Origin: Campylobacterota bacterium
Lineage (GTDB): Bacteria; Campylobacterota; Campylobacteria; Campylobacterales; Sulfurovaceae
DNA length: 50,416 nt
Direction: 5' to 3'
NCBI GenBank assembly: GCA_034722955.1
Contig: JAYEOM010000028.1
Coordinates: forward strand, 1-50,416
The notes under the pieces are model-generated. The model was not told the origin of the DNA. It searched no databases and saw nothing but the letters and a program-made list of their open reading frames with translations. Below, in pieces: positions 29,007 through 38,200 of the stretch. Within the stretch, counting starts at the first letter, position 1. Each line of letters begins with the position of its first letter. Position numbers and translations under genes: made by a program.

Positions 29007-30539
29007 CTATTTGGCTCTCCATCCACTTTTTTCGTTACCTCTCTCTTTGATATATAGCGTTGTATTCCTGCCGCCATTTATCCTAGAGTAGAGACTACCT
29101 ACAGGTGCTGTGACCATACCCTCAGGAGATCCATATCCTGCTTGCCATGTCAGCCTCTTCTTGTTTATCACTACTTTATCTCTGAAATATCCATCACCCA
29201 AGATATTGAGGTCTTTATTGGATGTGACACTCTCTTCATCAATAAAGAGTATATCTTTGTTGCCAACTCTAAAGATATGAGGTTTGTTGAGTGCTACACC
29301 GGAACCGGAAGATTTATATCGCCATCCATCAGCACTAGACATGATTGCTAAAGTCTCTTCTAAACCTTGACCTGAGGTCTTTTTGAGTGAAAGCTGCATA
29401 GTATACTCCGGCTGCAACTTCAATACAACAGGAATATTTCTTCTGTTGTTCATAGTATTTTTTAGTCTGTAGGTATAGTCTACAGGTCCATTCTCTTTTA
29501 TCCTGTACCATTTTCCATCTATTAGGGCTGAAACTCTATCTTGATTGTAATCATATGCAGAAAATTTATGCTTGAGATCGCCAGAGAGACGCTTGATTAC
29601 ACTATTTTCTATATCAGCATTTATATTGAAATAGAATGCAGGCAGTACTAAATTGTCTCTGATCTTTTTTCCAAAGAAAACATTGCTCCGATTTTTATCA
29701 TCTTGGGATAGACGAAGAGCGCCATTGTTCCCGATGCTCTTAATCCGATAGCTCTGTTTGTTGAAGTGAACTATGTCATCTTTAGCCCAATTTTTACTAC
29801 TAAAGTCATTGACTTTAGCTATGACTTGATTTGAACTCAACTTAGACTCTGCGTTGACTGTCAAAGGGTTTGGCTGTAGTGTTAGCAGTAAGCTTTGACC
29901 GCTTGGAGATCTCTCCTTCATAAAAGCCCAAGCACTTCCAACCTCTGTATGTAGCTGCACACCTCTTCTGTCATCTAAATCACCGCCTATAAACAATCCA
30001 CCTTTCATATCCGCTCTTCTCTCTCCACCTCTAGATTTGATAGAGCCCGCATAGATAAAGTTTCCTGTCTCTTCTCGTGTACCATCACTCATTTTCAGTA
30101 GAATCTCTCCGGGCCCCGTAGCATTCAAACTCTCTGGGTGTTGATTGGATAGATAGCTTCCCATTGGGAAAAATACATACTGATATTTTGAGGATTGGAG
30201 TATGGGTTGTGTATCATTATGTAGTCCGTTACCTTTTGCTCCAAACCATTTGACATTTACCGGCTCTGCATAGAGTCTTCTCCAAGCATATCTTCTTGAG
30301 ATATTTGTTTTGATATTGATACCATCATCAAATGTACCTCGAAAGTTTTTGTCAAGATAAAAACTGCCTCCTCCGCCATCTCCTGCAAGATAATAACCCA
30401 AAACATCAACAATGATTTTATCATTGGTATTTATATTACTGATCTTTTTGAGATCAGATATCGTATCTACGACCATCATACTTGCAAAGAGATGAGCCGA
30501 AAAGAGGAGTGTGAGTAGTGCTGCTGCCATTTTTTTCAT
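29007..30539 (-). CDS. Secreted protein with phage tailspike-like N- and C-terminal motifs
   Basis: Signal peptide (..AHLFA-S); DTISDLK..VLGYYLAGDGGGGSFY..WRR..VNVKWFGAKGNG..NDT head region; C-terminal GYGSPEGMVTAPVGSLY.R..GG..TTLYIKE.G..K.GW.AK motif. Confidence 0.65.
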   Translation of the reverse strand: MKKMAAALLTLLFSAHLFASMMVVDTISDLKKISNINTNDKIIVDVLGYYLAGDGGGGSFYLDKNFRGTFDDGINIKTNISRRYAWRRLYAEPVNVKWFGAKGNGLHNDTQPILQSSKYQYVFFPMGSYLSNQHPESLNATGPGEILLKMSDGTREETGNFIYAGSIKSRGGERRADMKGGLFIGGDLDDRRGVQLHTEVGSAWAFMKERSPSGQSLLLTLQPNPLTVNAESKLSSNQVIAKVNDFSSKNWAKDDIVHFNKQSYRIKSIGNNGALRLSQDDKNRSNVFFGKKIRDNLVLPAFYFNINADIENSVIKRLSGDLKHKFSAYDYNQDRVSALIDGKWYRIKENGPVDYTYRLKNTMNNRRNIPVVLKLQPEYTMQLSLKKTSGQGLEETLAIMSSADGWRYKSSGSGVALNKPHIFRVGNKDILFIDEESVTSNKDLNILGDGYFRDKVVINKKRLTWQAGYGSPEGMVTAPVGSLYSRINGGRNTTLYIKERGNEKSGWRAK

Positions 30540-30541
30540 AA

Positions 30542-31441
30542 CTATTTATCCTTTATACTGTCTGTATCAAAAAATATCTTCCAGGTATTAGGAACCTGTA
30601 CATAAACCTTGTCTATCTCGTCAATCATATCCCTATATTTAACTTTAAGGTATTGAAGTATATCACTATCAATCTTAACCTCTTTTGAAACAAGTTTTCT
30701 ATCTAGTAGCTTTGGAAAATATTGAAGATCAAAGTCAATATTTAAAAAGTTACATATATCTTCTACTAATATATCCGGCTGAGACTCAATTTGATCAAAA
30801 AAGAGATATTTTATATTTTCTCTAGGAAAAATTGACTCTATTCGCTTCATTGTTTTTAGATAATTACTTCTATTTTCAACACCTTTTTTTGTCAAATAGT
30901 TATATATAGTATCGCTATCTAACTCTCTTATATTATTTGAATTATTAGAGAGTTTTTTATCTGTAAGCAGATCGAACCTGAGAGATGACCAATCTCGTAA
31001 GGCAGGATTTCTCATGATAAACAGAATCTTGATATTGGGATTAATAGTGTAGATCTTTTTGTAAGTATCTCTTGATAGAAGTGCATAGGCTGGTGTCGTC
31101 TCACCTACACTTTTATACCTCTTTTTAGCATCTCTAAATAGATCGGTATACCACTCTATTTTTCTCTTGTGATCTTTAGTCTGTACAAAATTTAAAGCCC
31201 AATCTAGGTTATTGCTATTGATGGTATCTCCATTTTTCACTTTAGCAGCCATATGTTGCAGATAATTACTTAACCATATTTTTCTTTTTTTATCCTCCGT
31301 AATACTAGACCCAAACTCTAGCTCATCAAAAAAATGCAACTCTTTATATAGCGGTGTCCATACTTCAGGATGTCTTTTCAGATTATTGTCTAACCAGCTT
31401 GTGCCACTTTTGTGAGCACCAATACATAAGAAATCTATCAT
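30542..31441 (-). CDS. PAPS-dependent sulfotransferase family protein
   Basis: 5'-PSB DFLCIGAHKSGTSWL, HP, KELHFFD, GETTPAY, 3'-PB ILFIMRNP..R.WS. Confidence 0.9.
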   Translation of the reverse strand: MIDFLCIGAHKSGTSWLDNNLKRHPEVWTPLYKELHFFDELEFGSSITEDKKRKIWLSNYLQHMAAKVKNGDTINSNNLDWALNFVQTKDHKRKIEWYTDLFRDAKKRYKSVGETTPAYALLSRDTYKKIYTINPNIKILFIMRNPALRDWSSLRFDLLTDKKLSNNSNNIRELDSDTIYNYLTKKGVENRSNYLKTMKRIESIFPRENIKYLFFDQIESQPDILVEDICNFLNIDFDLQYFPKLLDRKLVSKEVKIDSDILQYLKVKYRDMIDEIDKVYVQVPNTWKIFFDTDSIKDK

Positions 31442-31548
31442 CTAACTCTCCTTTATCTCTTGGCTGACATTAGCTACAATGATCAAGTTTGTCAAGAAGC
31501 ATTTCCTATAGATATACTATAATATGGTGTTATATTACATTATGTAAC

Positions 31549-31610
31549 ATATTTTTCAATACTATGAATCAATAAATATATAGTAGAGAAATTTAGACTA
31601 TAATCAATTA
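31549..31610 (+). repeat. 62-bp direct repeat, copy 1
   Basis: ATATTTTTCAATACTATGAATCAATAAATATATAGTAGAGAAATTTAGACTATAATCAATTA; 60/62 identical to 32593-32654. Confidence 0.95.
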
Positions 31611-31612
31611 GG

Positions 31613-31788
31613 CTACCCCAAGGAGATAAACACACAAATAGCTTTATGAGGTTTTTCATAGACAAGGCAATCGTTTGAAGGACTAGCCTTAGCTAATTGC
31701 CCGCAGGAAATGCCCTTGGGGTGCAAAAACGATTAACGCCGTATATGGGAAACCTCATAAAGCCCGCAGGGAAGCCACCAAGAGGGCA
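31613..31788. mobile_element. Miniature hairpin element (REPIN/MITE-like) with a nested mini-repeat
   Basis: 20-bp arms at 31641-31660 and 31744-31763 (18 Watson-Crick plus 2 G-T pairs); inner arms AATCGTTT/AAACGATT. Minus-strand ends read TGCCC...CCTTGGGGTA. Nested TGCCCGCAGGAAATGCCCTTGGGGTG at 31698-31723. Confidence 0.65.
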
Positions 31789-31824
31789 ATCTTCACAAAA
31801 TATAATTCTTGAATTAGCTATGTG

Positions 31825-32094
31825 TTAATCGTAAGCCTGTTGCCTATGCTTGAAATCAACAATTGCTACAATAAGTTTGTCATCTTCAACAAGATAAAAG
31901 AGTCTATAGTTTCCAATCCTATATCTATAATAACCCTCAAGATTATCTTTTAGCTTTTTAATATTAGTTCCGTAAAAAGGATTTTCTCTGAGTTGAGGAT
32001 AAACAAAATTTTCAATTTTTGAATATAGTTTTTTATCTATTTTCTTTTTAACTTTTTCAAAAGTTTTAGTTTCAGCAATTTGGTACTTAGACAA
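31825..32094 (-). CDS. RelE/ParE family toxin; likely TTG start at 32094
   Basis: Y.I..T..F.K..KK, LRENP, IKKLK, YRYRIGNYRLFY.V......I....HR...Y. Confidence 0.9.
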   Translation of the reverse strand: MSKYQIAETKTFEKVKKKIDKKLYSKIENFVYPQLRENPFYGTNIKKLKDNLEGYYRYRIGNYRLFYLVEDDKLIVAIVDFKHRQQAYD

Positions 32095-32323
32095 TGGTGT
32101 AATCACCATTTTTAAAATCATCTAAACCATTCATCAGATTTTGAACTAGTTCTTTATCATCCATAATTTCTATCATCTCTTCATTTTCTACAAATTGTGA
32201 TGATGTTAAATACTGTATTGTCGCAAATTCTATAAAGTTTGAAAGGTTTCTTTTTTGACCCTCAGCTGCAAGTTTTATCATATCGTATATAGAATCATCT
32301 ACTCTCATTGTTACTGTTTTCAT
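32087..32323 (-). CDS. RHH/CopG-type antitoxin
   Basis: MKTVTMRVDD..Y..IK.AA....RNLSNFIE RHH pattern, acidic C-terminus, AAGGAG RBS; overlaps the toxin start. Confidence 0.85.
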   Translation of the reverse strand: MKTVTMRVDDSIYDMIKLAAEGQKRNLSNFIEFATIQYLTSSQFVENEEMIEIMDDKELVQNLMNGLDDFKNGDYTIV

Positions 32324-32353
32324 AACGTACTCCTTTGAATACTTATTTTAACT

Positions 32354-32382
32354 ATTATATTCAAATTTATTTACTTTGTCAA
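32354..32382 (-). promoter_or_regulatory. Consensus sigma70 promoter of the RelE TA operon
   Basis: On the minus strand, TTGACA (32382-32377), 17-nt spacer, TATAAT (32359-32354). Confidence 0.88.
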
Positions 32383-32433
32383 TCTATTATGCTTTCACAT
32401 AACGGCTGACTTGAGAAATAAATGCCTTTTTAG

Positions 32434-32459
32434 CAGCTACACCCCTCAGCTACACCCCT
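32434..32459 (+). repeat. 13-bp tandem duplication CAGCTACACCCCT x2 upstream of the RAYT remnant
   Basis: Exact copies at 32434-32446 and 32447-32459. Confidence 0.9.
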
Positions 32460-32522
32460 GCCGTTCAATCTCCACTTTTATGAGATAATGCAAAAAGCAA
32501 ATAGAAAAAAAGAGGTGATACT

Positions 32523-32627
32523 GTGTCAACAAGATCAAGAGTAGATATGGCAGGTTATCATCATGTCACAAATCGTGGTGTGGATCAAATGAATATTTTT
32601 CAATACTATGAATCAATAAATATATAG
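32523..32627 (+). pseudogene. Truncated REP-associated tyrosine transposase (RAYT, Y1/IS200 superfamily) N-terminus
   Basis: GAGGTG RBS, then GTG start giving MSTRSRVDMAGYHHVTNRGVDQMNIF, matching the RAYT N-terminal R..R.....YH...RG.....IF motif. The frame runs into the 62-bp repeat and stops after 34 codons. Confidence 0.8.
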
Positions 32628-32654
32628 TAGAGAAATTTATGCTATAATCAATTA
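32593..32654 (+). repeat. 62-bp direct repeat, copy 2, containing the extended -10 (TGCTATAAT, 32640-32648) for the downstream operon
   Basis: 60/62 match to 31549-31610. The two differences (GA versus TG) fall exactly on the TG of the extended -10. Confidence 0.92.
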
Positions 32655-32675
32655 AATTAAGAGTATGGTTTATAT

Positions 32676-35249
32676 ATGTACAATTTTATATTTTTTAAAC
32701 ATCTATATTTTCCTATTCTTCTTTTAAAAATTATTTTATTAATTATGTTGGGTTCATCATTTAGTTTTTTTAAAAATACAAATAGTTATTTTTATCAGAT
32801 ATTTGCACCATATCTTCCATATCCAGACCAGAAGCATCATGAGTTTGTTTTGGTTGATACCTCTGTAGCCGACTTTGATAAAATCATAGAGATAGTAGAT
32901 GAGATAGATAGCTACAGACCCAGCTTTATTATTATGGATATATCTCATCAAAGAGATGAGAGTGGAGCAGTGAGTAGAGATAACCTAGAGTATCTTATCG
33001 AAAAGTATCCAGAGGTAGTTGTAGCACTGCCATATTTTAAAGATCTAAATTTCTGTAATGATATAGAGCCTATCAAAAGATATGATTTTAGAGGGCTATT
33101 TGATGATGGCTTTGACTACTCTACACTCAAAGGTGATCATATAGTCACCATATTCAGTACTGAAAATTATAGAGAACTATATGGAGATGCTAGGGTAAAC
33201 TATAATGGTAATCCTAAATTTTCTGAAATTCATCTCAATGATTTTTTAGAAGGGAATATTGTTCCGGATCTCTTTAAAGATAAAATAGTGGTTATATCTA
33301 ACCTGGATAACCACTATGTCCCAGCATTCAATCTCATATCCATAGATGAATATTTTATCCACCAAGTTCATCTAGCTATGATACTTAAAAGTGAACTTGG
33401 CGGTAGTTGGCTTATTGGTTTTGAGTTATGGTCATATTATCTTTTTATAATTTTTATTACAGTTGCCTGGATATATTTTTTATACCTATTTCCTCTCTAT
33501 TATAAATATTATCTTTTTATTTTTTCTCTTATAGTTCCGCTTGCTCTATATCTGCTGCTCTTAATATATATAAATTTTTTGTTACCTATCAGTGAGATGA
33601 TTACCGTAGCTGTGGTAGTGACTATTTTGCTCTTTAGACATTGGCAAAGCCTACAAAATGAGAGCGAAAGCAGTATGCTCAATAGTCTTACAAAACGACT
33701 CCAAGAGAAAGTAGTTCATCAAACTTTCTATAATTCAGATAGCTATTGGTATGATATAATACTTCTAGTCAACCAACTTTTTGATCTCAAAAAAAATATT
33801 TTGTTTGAAAAGATAGATAAAGAGGTCTATATCAAAGAGGTAGCATCTTTCAATTGTGAGTTTTCAAATATCAATGAGATGAGGCGAGATAGTAGGCGTG
33901 AACCATACTCTTCTGCTCTTAAATATAAGAAACTCATAAAAATAGATAGAAAGTTCTTTCAAGATATAGATGATGGTGATGAAGAGTATATAGTACCGCT
34001 GATTCACCGCAGCACTCTTATCGGCTTTTGGGTATTTTCACTCAAATCTTTAGAGGCGAACAGTATAAAAAACTTTGAATCACTTATCAATATCAGTGCC
34101 AAGGAGATCAGTGAGCTGCTGTTTAATAGGTCTCAATTTATTAGACTCAAAGAGAGCAAATCTCTTGATATAGAAAAAATACTTAATGTAGAGATAGAAG
34201 ATAGGAATAAATATCGTCTTAAACAGAGTCTATCTGTTATAGAGAAGAGGATGCTACTCACAGAAACGACTCTAGATACACTCCACTCAGCTATCATAGT
34301 CTACAACCTTTTTGGCAAAGTGATACAGATAAATCAACCGATGAGTGACCTGCTACAGCAAGAGAAAATAACAATATATACTTTGAGTGTAAGTGAGATG
34401 ATATCTACTTTGACACAGTTGACACCATCTGAGAGCAAAGAGCTTATATTGAATGTGATCTTAACTCAAAAGAGTTATACATATTTTGTAAATTTCAAAA
34501 CAGATAGCAAAAGGTATCTTCTCACTATTTCAGCTATCACTCAAGAGAAGATTGCTCATAAATTTGCTGCTGATTATATATTTGATACATTTGGTGTACT
34601 GCTGGAGTTTTATAATCTTGCATTTATCGAAAATATTTTTCATCTAAAACAGGATGTTATTGAGTATTCGCTCAAACAAAACAGTGCAAGAGTTCAAAGT
34701 TTGAAAACTGTAGCAGACTCTAACCAAAATGATACTATTGATAAGACTATCTTCTATTCAAACTATCTTCAAGCACTCATGAGAGAGGATATTGATAATA
34801 GTAGTGATAGTCTCTATCCTGTAGATATCATGAGAATCGTAAATATATCTTCTCAAGAGGTATCTAGTAGATATCCTCAAAAGCAGATAAAGTTTGATAT
34901 CATAGCTCATACTCTACTGCCGCTTGTTATGGTTTCAGCAAATAGCATACAGAGAGATATACAAAATATATTGACTATTCTTGTGGAGGATATCGAGGAG
35001 AGCGGAGATCTCTATATAGAGTTAGAGGCGAAGGAACATGACCTTCATCTTGCACTCAAAAGTAATGGGTACGGTATGCCATCTACTCAACTCAATAACT
35101 ATCTAACTACCGAGATGGCTCCACAAAAGTATCTACTGGTTCAAAAGTCTATAGATAATATAAATAGCTGGATGGGAAGTATCATTTTTCATTCCAAACT
35201 TGGCTCTGGGATAGAGATAGAGCTATCTTTAAAAACTGCCAACTTATAG
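32676..35249 (+). CDS. CHASE2-like membrane sensor with GAF/PAS-like domains and a degenerate HATPase_c (pseudo-histidine kinase)
   Basis: N-terminal TM; FKDKIVVIS..QVHLAMI resembles the end of CHASE2; three TMs; VPLIHRSTLIGFW (GAF-like); IIVYNLFGKVIQINQ (PAS-like); SNGYGMP..GSI...SKLGSG.EI.L.L. No recognisable H-box. Confidence 0.65.
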   Translation: MYNFIFFKHLYFPILLLKIILLIMLGSSFSFFKNTNSYFYQIFAPYLPYPDQKHHEFVLVDTSVADFDKIIEIVDEIDSYRPSFIIMDISHQRDESGAVSRDNLEYLIEKYPEVVVALPYFKDLNFCNDIEPIKRYDFRGLFDDGFDYSTLKGDHIVTIFSTENYRELYGDARVNYNGNPKFSEIHLNDFLEGNIVPDLFKDKIVVISNLDNHYVPAFNLISIDEYFIHQVHLAMILKSELGGSWLIGFELWSYYLFIIFITVAWIYFLYLFPLYYKYYLFIFSLIVPLALYLLLLIYINFLLPISEMITVAVVVTILLFRHWQSLQNESESSMLNSLTKRLQEKVVHQTFYNSDSYWYDIILLVNQLFDLKKNILFEKIDKEVYIKEVASFNCEFSNINEMRRDSRREPYSSALKYKKLIKIDRKFFQDIDDGDEEYIVPLIHRSTLIGFWVFSLKSLEANSIKNFESLINISAKEISELLFNRSQFIRLKESKSLDIEKILNVEIEDRNKYRLKQSLSVIEKRMLLTETTLDTLHSAIIVYNLFGKVIQINQPMSDLLQQEKITIYTLSVSEMISTLTQLTPSESKELILNVILTQKSYTYFVNFKTDSKRYLLTISAITQEKIAHKFAADYIFDTFGVLLEFYNLAFIENIFHLKQDVIEYSLKQNSARVQSLKTVADSNQNDTIDKTIFYSNYLQALMREDIDNSSDSLYPVDIMRIVNISSQEVSSRYPQKQIKFDIIAHTLLPLVMVSANSIQRDIQNILTILVEDIEESGDLYIELEAKEHDLHLALKSNGYGMPSTQLNNYLTTEMAPQKYLLVQKSIDNINSWMGSIIFHSKLGSGIEIELSLKTANL

Positions 35250-35259
35250 TGAGATAGAT

Positions 35260-38200
35260 ATGTCAGAAATATATCTCCCTATACTCCCTTCTAGCTACCT
35301 GTCACACTCTGTTGTGACGACTGTCTGGATAGGTATTATGGTTATAGGTTTTTTCAATCTTCGTTTTGGCTGGATATTTTCAGGCTTAGTTGTTCCTGGG
35401 TATCTCACACCGCTTCTACTTATCAAGCCTCTCTCCGTGGGGGTTATACTCTTTGAGAGTGTTGTTACCTATCTTTTTGTATATATTATCTCAGAGGCTG
35501 CTGCCAATCGTGGTCTATGGACAAATTTTTTTGGCAGGGATAGATTTTTTGCTCTTCTTGTAGGGAGCGTTATGGTTCGTCTCACATTTGATGGTTGGAT
35601 ATTGCCATGGCTTAGTGCATATACACTAGAGACTTATGGATTCAATCTGGATTATCAAGATAGCCTGCATAGTTTTGGATTGATCATAGTTGCACTGATA
35701 GCCAACCAGCTATGGAAACCAAAGCTCTTTTATGGGCTTATACAGCTTACTATTACTGTAGGTATCACCTATATCATCATCCGATATTTTTTTGTAGCAT
35801 ATACGAACTTCTCACTTAGCAATATCAGCTATCTATATGAGGATGTCGCCGGCTCTATTTTGGCAAGTCCAAAATCATACATCATACTCATAACAACTGC
35901 TTTTATAGCCTCTAGGATGAATCTCTTTTATGGCTGGGATTTCAATGGTATATTAGTTCCATCTCTGTTGGCACTTCAATGGTACCAACCAAGTAAGATC
36001 TTTATCTCTTTTGTAGAGGCGTATATTATTTTGGGACTCTCCATAGTTGTTTTGAAACTGCCAATTTTTCAAAACATTAGTATAGAGGGTGCTAGAAAGA
36101 TGCTACTCTTTTTTAATATAGGCTTTTTTTACAAAATATTTATATCGTTTTTTATAGTCTACTTCTATCCGGATCACAAAGTCTCTGACTACTTTGGCTT
36201 TGGATATCTACTCTCTACACTTATAGCTATCAAGATGTATGACAAGGTAAATATTGCACTCTTTACCAGGACTACACTACAGACCTCTATAGTCTCCATA
36301 GTGATAGCTACAACTATAGGATATATGCTGACTTTGATTCCTAGCAGTAACTACTTTTATGCCAAGAAGAGCAGTAGAGTAGAAGATAATATAGAGAGCA
36401 ATCAATCTATCATAAGCTACCTGGAGAATGAGAAGATAAATCTCTACAATCACCATCAAAACAGTACCGTAGACTCTCCAACACCTGCAAAACTGGAGAT
36501 ATTTAAAAAACTTCTACATCACATAGATGAAGATTTCTATACCAATATAGAGAAGATAAAACAACTCTCCTCCGAACTAAACTATAAGATTAAGGTAGTA
36601 GAAAGGAGATATATTGTATTGAGTCAAGAGAGTGGATATAGCGGGTGGGGTATTTTTATTATAGATTTGACTCCATCTGGTGATTTGGTCATAGAGGTTC
36701 CATATCCTCTTGAGGCTAACAATATGATACAGAGCTCTACTATGGTGATGAAATATACTAAAGCCAAAGCTCTCTCCATCAGCGGTGCTCCATTTTCCAT
36801 AGAGAAAAATATACTATCTGATGCATATAACAACTACTATAGTCTATATCATACTTTTCATCAACACTATGCAAGAGGAGGTGTTTTGCAAATTCGTAGA
36901 TTGGGCAGGCATCTCTATAGAAGATTGATGGGAAAAGCATCTCTCCCCGATATCTACAGACCACTTAACTCCCTACTCTTTATCAAAGGTTATATGCCAA
37001 AACACCTACATCTAGCCCAGCTCAAAAGGAGTCTGGAAAATCTAAATATAGAGTGGAACAGAGATACAGGTTTTTCACTGCAAAAAGAGAGTATGAGCAA
37101 TAGATTTGCAGAGCTATATCTCAGTAGACATGATCGTCAACAATTGATATCCTCTTATGAATATACAAAAGATATGAGAGTCGAGCATGAGGAGTCTATA
37201 GACTCCATAGAGCGTCTTCTTCAAGTTTGGCTATTAGATAAAAAGATAGAGATTGCATCAATGGCATCTCAAAAGTATAAAAAACCAACACTTCAAGAGT
37301 TGAGATTTTTTGACCAAGCTATCTTGACACCACTCTGTGATATATTGGACTCTTGGGAGGAGAGAGTATTGGATGAGAAGCAGATAAAGAGGGAGTTGCA
37401 GAGTATAGCTATAGCATCAAGAGCTATAGGTTACTCTCTGACTTGGTATGTAGATACAGCCAATCAAGAGAAATATATTATTCTGCATGAAGTCCCATCT
37501 CCCACAAAACACTTCTGGGGAACATATGTATTTGGTGTTGGCAAGAGAGAAGATTTGATGATTCAGGTGCCTCGCCCATTTTATGAGTCATATACTTTTG
37601 AGTATAGTCTGGAGCTTTTTGAACAGCTTAATGCAAAAGTACTTATGTTGAGTGGAGCACATCCACTAGCAAATAGTAATCGTGAAGCTGATGTGATGCT
37701 CTTTGGCAACAGAGAGAATATATTTAACCTAGTTAGTCAAGTAATATACAGAGAGAGCAGACTCAAACAGATGAGTGCTTTGCAGATTAGAGGTAAGGGT
37801 ACAGAGGAGTTGGACGAGATAGATGGTGGCAGAGCCATACTCTCTCTAGGTCAGAGTGTTGAGAGTGTAGATGACTTAAATCCTGTAGAGAGTCTTATAT
37901 ATAACTACCTTAAGATACATACTCCTACTGTACTAAATGATGGTAACTTATATAGTGCAGGTTATGAGTCAGATGCTATCCAGTCATCATATCTAAAACA
38001 GTCAATCAATAATAGCTTCAGCATCCTATGGCTTCCATACAGTATCCGCAATCAATATAGACAAAGTGATGAGACAGATAGTGTTATTGGGGCATTTAGA
38101 TCCCTCAATGTAGAGGTAGAGAGATTGGATTTTCTATCTATATCCAGTAGGTACAGTATTGCAAACTCTGCTATAGCACCAGAGCATATGGAAGATCTTG

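Noticed and set aside
29007..30539. Prophage remnant
   Set aside because: No other phage genes or integrase nearby, and the protein carries a Sec signal peptide.
31535..31547. Palindrome TTACAT-T-ATGTAA upstream of the sulfotransferase
   Set aside because: Short and in very AT-rich DNA; it may be an operator, but no regulator can be assigned from the sequence.
32095..32121. ORF-track N-terminal extension of the RelE toxin
   Set aside because: It lies within the antitoxin gene; TTG at 32094 gives a typical 89-aa toxin coupled to the antitoxin stop.
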